From Verrucomicrobiota bacterium (lineage in GTDB: Bacteria > Verrucomicrobiota > Verrucomicrobiia > Palsa-1439), in assembly GCA_003152315.1 (NCBI GenBank), contig PLZV01000053.1, positions 48,931 through 112,930 of the forward strand: 64,000 nucleotides of DNA, in the 5' to 3' direction. A program made the translations under genes and the position numbers. Below are positions 10,363 to 19,352 of the stretch, piece by piece (within the stretch, counting starts at the first letter, position 1; every line of letters starts with the position of its first letter). The notes below the pieces were generated by a model that saw only the letters and a program-made list of their open reading frames with translations, was not told the DNA's origin and searched no databases.

Positions 10363-10480
10363 AAAAACATGTGTTTCTGCGAAACGAACCCGAATTGGTT
10401 TATTGAAAATGCAGACGGAACAGGCGCACAGACAGGGAGTTAGGACGCTGGAGCGTAAAATTACATTCGGGTTCGTTTGG
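10363..10480. repeat. Conserved hairpin element, copy A. Its partner is at 46993..47110.
   Basis: The block AAAAACATGTGTTTCTGCGAAACGAACCCGAATTGGTTTATTGAAAATGC is nearly identical to the one in copy B. The arms AAACGAACCCGAAT (10382..10395) and ATTCGGGTTCGTTT (10465..10478) pair across a 69-nt loop. Confidence 0.6.
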
Positions 10481-10575
10481 CCGGAAAATACGTCTCGCTC
10501 CACGGGTGGTGCGCTCGGTTTTGCGGGAAAGCCGACACGCGAAGCGGGGTAAAGTTGGCGGTGCGAATGGTTTCC

Positions 10576-10602
10576 GACGGCCACGACAGAGCGTGGCCCT
10601 CC
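10576..10602. repeat. REP-like palindromic element
   Basis: The sequence is GACGGCCACGACAGAGCGTGGCCCTCC, with stem GGCCACG/CGTGGCC. The same unit recurs at 39561..39587. Confidence 0.7.
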
Positions 10603-10630
10603 AAAAACCGTTATGATAAACTTTTAGCTT

Positions 10631-11683
10631 ATGGCGACGTTGAACAAATTGACCGAGAAAGCGACGGCGGGCGCGGAGCTTTCGCGTGACGAGGTGGCCG
10701 AGGCGATGCGCGCGTTGCTGGATGACTCGGTCGCTGAGGGTGCGAAGGCGGACTTTCTCACGGCGTTGGCGCGGAAGGGCGAGACGGCCGGGGAAATCGC
10801 GGCGTTTGCGCTGGAACTGCGTTCGCGCGCAGTCGATCCACAAATTGATGCGGCGCAATTTGGTGGCGTTGTCTTGGACGTGGTGGGGACGGGGGCGGAC
10901 ATGGCGCAGACGTTCAACATCTCGTCCTGCACGATTTTCGTGGTGGCGGCGACCGGGGTGGCGGTGGCCAAGCATGGCAACCGCGCGATCACGAGCAAGT
11001 GCGGCAGCGCGGATGTGTTGACGGCGCTGGGCGCGAAGATTGAGTTGTCGCCTGAGGTGGCGCGGCGCTGTCTTGAGACGACCGGAGTGACGTTCTTGTT
11101 CGCGCCGCATTATCATCCCGCGTTCAAATCCATCGCACCGGTGCGGCGCAAGCTGGCGGAGCGCAAGCAGCGGACGGTGTTCAATATTCTCGGTCCACTG
11201 GTTAACCCCGCGCGTCCGACGCACCAACTCGTGGGTGTCTTCGAGCGCGCGTTGGTCGGCAAGTTCGCGGAGGTCCTGCGGTTGCTCGAAGTGAAACACG
11301 CGTTGGTGGTGCATGGCGACGGGCTGGATGAGCTGTCCACCCTGGGGGTCAACACGATGGCGGAATTGTGGGCGGGACGCATCGAGCATACCGAGCGCGA
11401 TTTCCGCGTGCCGCACACCTCGTGGCGGGGTGTAGTGGTGAAACCGGAGGAACTGTTCGGTGGCGACGCGGCGACGAACGCCGGCATCGTGCGGGACGTG
11501 TTGGCGGGTAAGGACCGTAGTGCGCGGCGCGATATCGTGTTGTTGAACGCGGCGGCGGCGCTCGTGGTTGCCGAAAAGATGACCGACTTTGCGAATGGCT
11601 GGAACGCGGCGGCAGAGTTGATTGACAGCGGCGCGGCGCTGGAGAAGCTGGACCGATTTGTGGAGGCGACCAATCGAGGGTAA
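10631..11683 (+). CDS. trpD: Anthranilate phosphoribosyltransferase
   Basis: 350 aa with a typical TrpD layout: LDVVGTGADMAQTFNISS, AKHGNRAITSKCGSADVL, FLFAPHYHPA, NILGPLVNPA. Confidence 0.9.
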   Translation: MATLNKLTEKATAGAELSRDEVAEAMRALLDDSVAEGAKADFLTALARKGETAGEIAAFALELRSRAVDPQIDAAQFGGVVLDVVGTGADMAQTFNISSCTIFVVAATGVAVAKHGNRAITSKCGSADVLTALGAKIELSPEVARRCLETTGVTFLFAPHYHPAFKSIAPVRRKLAERKQRTVFNILGPLVNPARPTHQLVGVFERALVGKFAEVLRLLEVKHALVVHGDGLDELSTLGVNTMAELWAGRIEHTERDFRVPHTSWRGVVVKPEELFGGDAATNAGIVRDVLAGKDRSARRDIVLLNAAAALVVAEKMTDFANGWNAAAELIDSGAALEKLDRFVEATNRG

Positions 11684-11691
11684 ATTCCGTT

Positions 11692-12642
11692 GTGCGAGCA
11701 GCCCTGGCAAAACCTCTGGACTGGTGTTCGATTCAACTCGCGCGGCTGAGTGTGCATCGCGGTTCCGGCGTTGCGGGACAAGTGGCGCAGGTTGAGTCGC
11801 TGCTGGAAGACCCAGATATCTTCGGTGATTCGGCCACGGTTCCGAAGGACCTGCGGTTTACAACCAAGCGCGCGTTTCAATTCACTTCGCAGGTCGTGTC
11901 ACCCTGGAAGCGCAACAACACGGTGCACGGTCGGCTTTTCACGACGGGTAAGCGATGGCAGGACAAGCCGGTGGTCATACTGCTGCACGGTTGGAACATG
12001 CAAGCGGGCTATCACGTATTGTTCCCGCATCTGGCGCGGCGATTGGTGAAGCAGGGTGTGAACGTGGCGATGTTCGCGTTGCCGTACCATACCCGGCGCA
12101 AACCGCGCGGAAAGAAAGCGATCCACAATTTCCTCTCGGGCGACCTGGTGCACGTGGTGCAGGCGGCCCATCAATCGCTGGTCGATGCCCGGGCGCTGAT
12201 CGCATGGCTGAAGGAGCAGGGCTGTCCGCGGATTGGGTTATGGGGGATTTCGCTCGGCGCGTGGTTGAGCGGGCTGCTGGCCTGCGAAGACACGCGCCTT
12301 GACTGTGTGGTGTTGATGTCACCGGTGTCGCGGATGGATCGCGTGATTGCGGAGTTGGATTTCTGTGCACCCATTCGCCGCAGTCTCGGTGGCGCGCGGG
12401 TAAAACTCGATCCGCTGAACCTGGTTAATCACCAACTGAAACTCGCACCCGCCGACGTCCTTCTCGTTGCGTCCGAACACGATTTGTTTGCGCCGATCAG
12501 GACGGCGGAGGAACTTTGCCAGGCGTGGGGTGGGACGGAGTTGTGGCGGCTGCGGCATGGCCACATCAGCGTGTTGATGTCGATGCCGGTGATGGAACGC
12601 ACGGTCGGTTGGGTCGCGCGGAAGATGCAGCGCGATGATTGA
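11692..12642 (+). CDS. Alpha/beta hydrolase
   Basis: 316 aa with VVILLHGWN, the nucleophile elbow WGISLGAW, and a late HGH. The start codon is uncertain. Confidence 0.65.
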   Translation: MRAALAKPLDWCSIQLARLSVHRGSGVAGQVAQVESLLEDPDIFGDSATVPKDLRFTTKRAFQFTSQVVSPWKRNNTVHGRLFTTGKRWQDKPVVILLHGWNMQAGYHVLFPHLARRLVKQGVNVAMFALPYHTRRKPRGKKAIHNFLSGDLVHVVQAAHQSLVDARALIAWLKEQGCPRIGLWGISLGAWLSGLLACEDTRLDCVVLMSPVSRMDRVIAELDFCAPIRRSLGGARVKLDPLNLVNHQLKLAPADVLLVASEHDLFAPIRTAEELCQAWGGTELWRLRHGHISVLMSMPVMERTVGWVARKMQRDD

Positions 12643-12748
12643 TTACGTTCAACAGGTGTTTCTTGATAACCGCCGCGTATCCGGAGGCGCCGGGTCAAGG
12701 TTTCTTCTGTACATTTACCACGTTAGCAGGCATTTAAATTGCTTTGTT

Positions 12749-13144
12749 ATGCCCCGCGAGGAACAGAAGACCATGATTCGCATAGACTACCAAGTGTTGC
12801 GTGAGAGCAAGTCGCATGACGGCCATGTCGATATTCGCCTGGTCAAGAAGGCCCGGAGAATCTTTGGTCGCGGTGCGCGCGAGGAGATTCTGCGGATTAT
12901 GGATCCGTTATTGCGCGTTCAGGCCGGGGAGATTGCCCAGCGGCAGGTAAGTCCACAATCGCTCCATGAAATCGGACAGCAGGCGGTGCTGGAAGGCATC
13001 AAGCTGTATCGGGTTGGGCAGCAGGAGGCGTTTGGCAAATTCGCCATGATCCACGCGCGGCAGGCAATGGTTCTCGCCCGGAACAAAATGTCCGTTCCCG
13101 ATCCGCATGCGCCGGGGCCAGAGCCGACCCCGCGGCAGTTCTAG
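12749..13144 (+). CDS. Small protein containing only a sigma70 region 2-like segment
   Basis: The ATG at 12749 gives 131 aa. The segment LLRVQAGEIAQRQVSPQSLHEIGQQAVLEGIKLYRVGQQEAFGKFAMIHARQAMVLARNK aligns by eye to RpoD region 2.1-2.2 (LRLVISIAKKY...LIQEGNIGLMKAVDKF...FSTYATWWIRQAI). There are no regions 3 or 4. Confidence 0.5.
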   Translation: MPREEQKTMIRIDYQVLRESKSHDGHVDIRLVKKARRIFGRGAREEILRIMDPLLRVQAGEIAQRQVSPQSLHEIGQQAVLEGIKLYRVGQQEAFGKFAMIHARQAMVLARNKMSVPDPHAPGPEPTPRQF

Positions 13145-13189
13145 AATAGAATTGCATTCATTCCCCGGTCGCCGCATCCTACCGCCACC

Positions 13190-13708
13190 ATGCTCATCAG
13201 CAAGAAGATCAACGACGCGATTAACCAGCAAATCGGCAATGAATTTGGAGCTTCGCTGCAGTACGTGGCGATTGCCACGCACTTCGACCAGGAGGCATTG
13301 CCGCAGTTGGCGGCGCACTTTTACAAGCAAGCCGAGGAAGAGCGCGATCACGCGATGCGGTTTGTGAAGTTCGTTGTTGACACCGATGGCGAAGTCGTCA
13401 TCCCTGCCGTCAAGGCGCCGAAGGGAAAGTTTGCGTCAGCCGAGGAAGCCGTGAAGTTGTCGCTCGACTGGGAGGTTGAAGTGACCAACCAGATTCACAA
13501 GCTTGTGGATCTGGCCAAGAAGGAAGTCAATTACACCACGGACAACTTCCTGCAATGGTTCGTCAAAGAGCAGCTCGAAGAGGTTTCGTCGATGGATAAC
13601 CTCCTTAAGGTGATCCGCCGCGCCGGCCAGGATGGTTTATTGCGTGTGGAAGAGTACCTGGCCCGAAAGCCCGTCGGGAAATCGTTGGCGGAAAAGAATC
13701 TCTCCTGA
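13190..13708 (+). CDS. ftn: Ferritin
   Basis: 172 aa. Ferroxidase-centre ligands are in ferritin spacing: NEFGASLQY, EEERDHAMRF, WEVEVTNQI and FVKEQLEEV. Confidence 0.85.
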   Translation: MLISKKINDAINQQIGNEFGASLQYVAIATHFDQEALPQLAAHFYKQAEEERDHAMRFVKFVVDTDGEVVIPAVKAPKGKFASAEEAVKLSLDWEVEVTNQIHKLVDLAKKEVNYTTDNFLQWFVKEQLEEVSSMDNLLKVIRRAGQDGLLRVEEYLARKPVGKSLAEKNLS

Positions 13709-13744
13709 GCTGATCCGGCTGGCGTTGCGGTTGAGCGGTAGTGG

Positions 13745-14398
<654 letters not shown>

Positions 14399-14405
14399 TG
14401 TGTCT

Positions 14406-16319
14406 TCACAATCCCGAGTCGAGCACCGAGCGGACGAGGTGATTGAGCGACTCGATGTTGTAGGGCTTTTGCAGGTAGCCCAGGCAGCCATGGCGTAACA
14501 TGCGCTGGCCTTCCTGGTCGTGGCTGTAACCGCTGGAGACGATCACGCGCACTGCCGGGTTGATGTCCTTCATGTGCGCGAATAGTTCGGAGCCGCTCAT
14601 CCGCGGCATCACCATATCGGCGATGACCAAATCGATGTCCTTCTGACGCTCGCGATACATCGAGAGGGCGGAGGCGCCGTCCGGCGCACCGAACACCTTG
14701 TAGCCCTTCGATTCGAGACCGATCTGTGCCATCTCGCGGATGACTTCTTCGTCTTCAGCGAGCAGGATGCACTCCTTGCCGCCGCGCGCAATCGCCGGCG
14801 GTGAGGCGGGCACAGCAGTGAGCGCTTTCTTCGTGGCTGGGAGGAAAATCTCGAACAACGTTCCCATCGCCGGCTGGGATTCAACCCGAATTTCGCCGCC
14901 GAACCCTTTTACGATACTCAGCACCAACGAAAGTCCGAGCCCGGTCCCTTTGCCGGGTCGCTTGGTGGTGAAGAACGGCTCGAAGATGTGCGAGAGCGTG
15001 GCGGTATCCATGCCCGATCCCGTATCGCGGAACCTGAGCACGACGTAGTCACCGTCGGGTAGCGAGAGCGCGGGGCGGAATGGGTCGGTTGCCTCGAGGT
15101 GAATGTTGCGGGTTGTGATGGTGAACATGCCGCCCTCGGACATCACGTCGCGCGCGTTGACGGCGATGTTGAGGAAGACCTGCTCGAGCTGTGAGGGATC
15201 GACCTCGATGCAGTGAAGGTTTCTGGCAAGCTGCCGCTGGATGAGAATCGATTTGTCGAAGCTGCGTTCGAGCATTTTCAAGGTCTGCTCGATGCAGTCG
15301 TTGGCATTGACGACAGCGAGGTGCGGGATGTCGCGTCGCGCAAAGGCGAGCAATTGCTTCGTCAGCGCCGCGCCCCGGTGCGCGCTGGCTTCGGTCGCTT
15401 CCAGGTAGCGATAGATCGGGCTGGCGGGATCGGTTTGCAGCTTGACGTAGCTCGCACAGGCGAGAATCGCCGCGAGGACGTTGTTGAAATCGTGGGCGAT
15501 ACCGCTTGTCAAGGCGCCGATAGATTCGATCTTTTGCACCTGCACGAGGTCGCGGTACAGCTCCTCGGCTTGCACGGCGCTGGCAATGATGTTGGCGACG
15601 GTCAGCATCTCCGCAGCGAGGGACGGCGAGATGTCGCGCGGGTTGCGGTAGAAGATGCCAATGAGGCCGACGAGTTCGTTGCGACGAACGACGGGGTTTA
15701 GGGCGGCGCAAACGATATGTTCGCGCTCGCAGACACCGACGAGCGAGGCCGGCCCGGTTTGCGCGGGGTTGTTCAGGATAAGCTGGCGCGCCTGCTCAAA
15801 TGCGGGAAACGACCACTCGATCGCCTCGAGTTGCTCGACGTTGTGCGCCGTAAAGCCGAACGCGCCCTTGAGGACGAAGTGTGCCTGGCTGTTTTTCTCG
15901 GTGATCCATGCCGCGACGACGTCAGCCTCAAAGAGCTGCGCGATTTTCTCGAGGACTTCCGGCGACATTTGCGCGACATCGAGTTTGTCGATCAAGGCGC
16001 GGGAAATTTGGTTAAGCGTGGATTGTCTTTGGTAGGCGAGCCGTTGCGAAAGCTCGAGCTCGCGAGAGCGGGTCGCCTCGAGTTCTTCATGGTTCCGCTG
16101 CGTGCGCTGGACATGGAGGTAAGTTTCTGCGGCGGCAAGTGATACCAGTAGCAGGGAGGCGCTGCTCAATGGTAGGCTGACTTGGACCCACGAATCACTA
16201 TCGTTGTTGAGCCGCCCAATAAGCATGTACGAGAGCGTGATCACCAGCGCCATTCCGTAAAGTCGTGCGCGTGGGGACCACTCCCGAACATCAAGTTTGA
16301 TGGCCGTTGATTGCGCCAT
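14406..16319 (-). CDS. Hybrid sensor histidine kinase / response regulator
   Basis: 637 aa. It has N-terminal TM segments, a GAF-like region, the H-box SGIAHDFNNVLAAI, an HATPase domain (DTGSGMD, GTGLGL), and a C-terminal receiver (ILLAEDEE...VIADMVMP). Confidence 0.85.
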   Translation of the reverse strand: MAQSTAIKLDVREWSPRARLYGMALVITLSYMLIGRLNNDSDSWVQVSLPLSSASLLLVSLAAAETYLHVQRTQRNHEELEATRSRELELSQRLAYQRQSTLNQISRALIDKLDVAQMSPEVLEKIAQLFEADVVAAWITEKNSQAHFVLKGAFGFTAHNVEQLEAIEWSFPAFEQARQLILNNPAQTGPASLVGVCEREHIVCAALNPVVRRNELVGLIGIFYRNPRDISPSLAAEMLTVANIIASAVQAEELYRDLVQVQKIESIGALTSGIAHDFNNVLAAILACASYVKLQTDPASPIYRYLEATEASAHRGAALTKQLLAFARRDIPHLAVVNANDCIEQTLKMLERSFDKSILIQRQLARNLHCIEVDPSQLEQVFLNIAVNARDVMSEGGMFTITTRNIHLEATDPFRPALSLPDGDYVVLRFRDTGSGMDTATLSHIFEPFFTTKRPGKGTGLGLSLVLSIVKGFGGEIRVESQPAMGTLFEIFLPATKKALTAVPASPPAIARGGKECILLAEDEEVIREMAQIGLESKGYKVFGAPDGASALSMYRERQKDIDLVIADMVMPRMSGSELFAHMKDINPAVRVIVSSGYSHDQEGQRMLRHGCLGYLQKPYNIESLNHLVRSVLDSGL

Positions 16320-16665
16320 GGGAGCGTCTCACCGTCACCTGAACACAATTGAGCAGGGAATATGCTGCCGGTGAGAATTGCAAAAAACAAGGGGTTTCAC
16401 ACATATTCTTACTCAAAACTCAGGCGATTAGGGAACTTAATGATAACTACGGCAGGCAAATCTGCATGGTTGGTTCTTTGGTTCGTGTCCCTGCTGCAGA
16501 CTCCAGCGTGATAATCCTGTGGCATGGTTGATGGACACCGAGAGAGTCCGCGCCTCAAGAGCGGGCAGGTTGTGGCGTTCCCGTGGCGTGGCAAGATTTT
16601 CGGGTTGCACGACACCGCAGATTACCAGTATGTACTGGGCAACCAAGGGCACGCTTAATTCTCTC

Positions 16666-17583
16666 ATGAAACGCAGAACACGATCCGGACTCCGGTTGAC
16701 ACTGCTTCTGCTTTTAGTGGGCGGCGTTTATCTCGTGATGCGCAATTACGAGCAGCAGTTTGTTTACGCCCCCAGCACGTTCGTCAAGAAAACGCCCCGC
16801 GATGCCAAGCTATTCTTTGACAACATTGCCCTGGCAACTGACGATGGCGTCAATATTCAAGGGTGGTTTGTTCCGGCGAACGTGTCGGAGGACGCGCCCG
16901 GAACCAATGCGCCGCTTCCGACATTGCTCTTCTTCCACGGTGCGGTGGGCAACATTAGCGACTATCTCGAAAAGATCCACCTCCTTCACGACATGGGCCT
17001 GGATGTATTCACCGTCGACTACCACGGTTACGGCAAGAGCGGTGGCGCCCCGAGCGAAAGTGGACTCGCGAGCGACGCGGTTGCCGCATACTTCTACCTG
17101 ACGGAAAAACGCCACGTGAAACCCGAGCGGCTCTACCTTTACGGCGAAGACCTGGGCGCGGCCGTGGCGATCGACCTGGCCACGAAGGTGTCGGCGGCGG
17201 GCTTGATCACGGAAGGTGCGTCCGCGTCGGTCATCGAGAAGATCGAGGAAGCCTGGCCGCTGATCCCGTGGCAATTTCTCTTACGCAATAAATTCGATTC
17301 CTTGACCAAAATCCGGGACGTACACATACCGCTCTTGATCATCCATAGTGCCGACGACGAAGTGGTGTCGTTCAATGATTCCCGCCGCCTCTGTGCTCTG
17401 GCGCATGAACCGAAGGAACTTGTTGAGATTCATGGCACCCACCGCGATGCTTTTGTCCATTCGTTTGATTTGTATTACGACAAGGTCTCGCATTTTATTC
17501 TCGACCAACCCAAGGGCAAAATTGCGGACAGCTCCATTTCAACGCAAACCGCGGCGCCGGCGTCCAAAGTGCCAACGCCATGA
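16666..17583 (+). CDS. Membrane-anchored alpha/beta hydrolase (Bem46/ABHD13-like) with an Asp at the nucleophile position
   Basis: The ATG at 16666 gives MKRRTRSGLRLTLLLLLVGGVYLV. It has LLFFHGAVGN. The elbow reads LYGEDLGAAVA (G-E-D-L-G rather than GxSxG). The acid IHSADDEVV and the His IHGTHRDAF are retained. The stop overlaps the next start (ATGATGA). Confidence 0.65.
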   Translation: MKRRTRSGLRLTLLLLLVGGVYLVMRNYEQQFVYAPSTFVKKTPRDAKLFFDNIALATDDGVNIQGWFVPANVSEDAPGTNAPLPTLLFFHGAVGNISDYLEKIHLLHDMGLDVFTVDYHGYGKSGGAPSESGLASDAVAAYFYLTEKRHVKPERLYLYGEDLGAAVAIDLATKVSAAGLITEGASASVIEKIEEAWPLIPWQFLLRNKFDSLTKIRDVHIPLLIIHSADDEVVSFNDSRRLCALAHEPKELVEIHGTHRDAFVHSFDLYYDKVSHFILDQPKGKIADSSISTQTAAPASKVPTP

Positions 17584-19346
17584 TGAGAACGCTCGCGCTT
17601 TTGTTCCTTTCGGTGCTGGGCGCGCTGCGTCCGGCTGTGGCCGCAGACACGTTGCGGCCCGAGCAACTTAGTCCGGGCATGAAGGGCTACGGCCTGTCCG
17701 TGTTCAAGGGGACCAAGCCGGAGCGCTTCGACGTTGAGATCATCGGTGTTTTGCGAAACGCGCTACCCAAGCAGGATATGATTCTCATTCGCATGAGCGG
17801 CGCGGATCTGGAGAAGCACAAGGTGATCGCTGGCATGAGCGGAAGCCCGGTGTACATTGACGGGAAACTTATCGGCGCCCTCGCCTATGGCTGGACATTC
17901 GAGAACGATCCGCTAGCCGGCGTCACACCTATCCATAACATGATGGCGGAGCTGAAACTGCCCATCGTAGCCCCCTCGACTATCAACGCGTCCGTGTCGC
18001 TCCGTCGCACGTCATCCATGCCCGCACCGTTCGCCCTGCCGAACGCTGCCTTCGCACAGACTCCGGACGACTTTGGCTCGCCACATCCATTGCTTACGCC
18101 GCTTTCCCTTGGGGGTTTCAGTTCACGCGTTCTGGAACGGTTTGCCTCGAAATTCACGGGCTTCGGCATGATGCCGATTGCGGCCGGTGGTGGGGGCGCG
18201 GGGGCCTTGCCGCGCCGCAGTGGTGATATGGAACCCGGCGGCGCGATTGGCGTGCAGTTGATTCGCGGCGATATGAATGCCACGGCAATTGGCACGGCCA
18301 CGTACATCGAGAAGAACCGCATCCTGGCGTTCGGCCACCCATTCTTTCAGGGCGGTTCCGTGCAGGCGCCCGCCGTGTTGGCCGAGGTGCACACGATCAT
18401 GTCGAGCCTCGAGCGTTCGTTCAAGATGGCCAGCCCTGTCGCCGAGATCGGCTCGATGGTTGGGGACTGGCAGAGTTGCATCGTCGCCGACGCGAAAGTG
18501 CAGGCGCAGATGATCCCTGTCAGCATCGACGCGGCAAATCGCGACACGGGGCAGTCAGAGCATTACGATGTGGAGGTCATGAACAATCAGGTGTTCACGC
18601 CCCAGCTCGTGCTGATGGCGATCGCCCAGGCCGTCAGCGGTGCGTCGGGTTCTTCACAAGATACCACAGTGCGGATATCCGTGGGCGCGGATCTTGCCCC
18701 TGTGAAATCGGGCGGATCGTCGCGGACCATTGCGGTGACGAACACCTTCTTCAGCGCCGCCGGCGGCATCCTGAACATCGAGGGTATCATGCCGCTATTG
18801 GCGATGTTCAGTACCCCATTCGGCAGCCCGACTGTAAAACACATCGACGTGAAAGTTGACGCAGCTCTCACGCGTCAGACGGCGGACATCAAGCGCGCCT
18901 ACTTTGACAAGTCGGAAGTCCAACGTGGTGAAACCGTGTCACTTAGGATCGTGCTCAAACCGTTTGGCCAGCCCGAGGTCACGAAGACGATCCCCATCAA
19001 AGTGCCCGCGGCAACGGATATGTTGCGATACCTTGTCGTCACCGTAGTCGCTGGGGATAGCGCGCCGCCGGACGCTGCGCCGCCCGACAGTCTCGATGAC
19101 TTTCTTGATTTCATAGAGAAGGGACATGGCAACACCGATTTGGTGGCACTGTCGCCGACACGCAGCCAGGGGATGCAGTACCATGGCAAGCTGCTGAAGA
19201 AACTTCCGCCGAGCGCTATCGGCACTTTGGACGACTCAAGCACGGGCGACGTGGCGGCCGCCGCGGACATTTCGCAGCTCGTAGAACCCACGGACTGGGT
19301 TCTCAGCGGTCAGGCTACGGTTCGTGTCCCGATCAGACAGGAATAA
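17580..19346 (+). CDS. Secreted SpoIVB-like peptidase, S55 family
   Basis: 588 aa. It has the signal peptide MMRTLALLFLSVLGALRPAVA, the N-terminal GYGLSVFKG...FDVEIIGVL, and the serine motif AGMSGSPVYIDGKLIGALAYGW. Confidence 0.7.
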   Translation: MMRTLALLFLSVLGALRPAVAADTLRPEQLSPGMKGYGLSVFKGTKPERFDVEIIGVLRNALPKQDMILIRMSGADLEKHKVIAGMSGSPVYIDGKLIGALAYGWTFENDPLAGVTPIHNMMAELKLPIVAPSTINASVSLRRTSSMPAPFALPNAAFAQTPDDFGSPHPLLTPLSLGGFSSRVLERFASKFTGFGMMPIAAGGGGAGALPRRSGDMEPGGAIGVQLIRGDMNATAIGTATYIEKNRILAFGHPFFQGGSVQAPAVLAEVHTIMSSLERSFKMASPVAEIGSMVGDWQSCIVADAKVQAQMIPVSIDAANRDTGQSEHYDVEVMNNQVFTPQLVLMAIAQAVSGASGSSQDTTVRISVGADLAPVKSGGSSRTIAVTNTFFSAAGGILNIEGIMPLLAMFSTPFGSPTVKHIDVKVDAALTRQTADIKRAYFDKSEVQRGETVSLRIVLKPFGQPEVTKTIPIKVPAATDMLRYLVVTVVAGDSAPPDAAPPDSLDDFLDFIEKGHGNTDLVALSPTRSQGMQYHGKLLKKLPPSAIGTLDDSSTGDVAAAADISQLVEPTDWVLSGQATVRVPIRQE

Positions 19347-19352
19347 TATCGC

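Noticed and set aside
10058-10584. ORFs of 164 aa and 122 aa in the gap upstream of trpD.
   Set aside because: They run through the hairpin element and the REP-like palindromes, and they have no start context or motif. The homologous element at 47.0 kb is in a different frame, so the conserved sequence is not coding.
10400-11710. 436-aa minus-strand ORF.
   Set aside because: It lies entirely antisense to trpD and is extremely Arg-rich. trpD has unambiguous family motifs.
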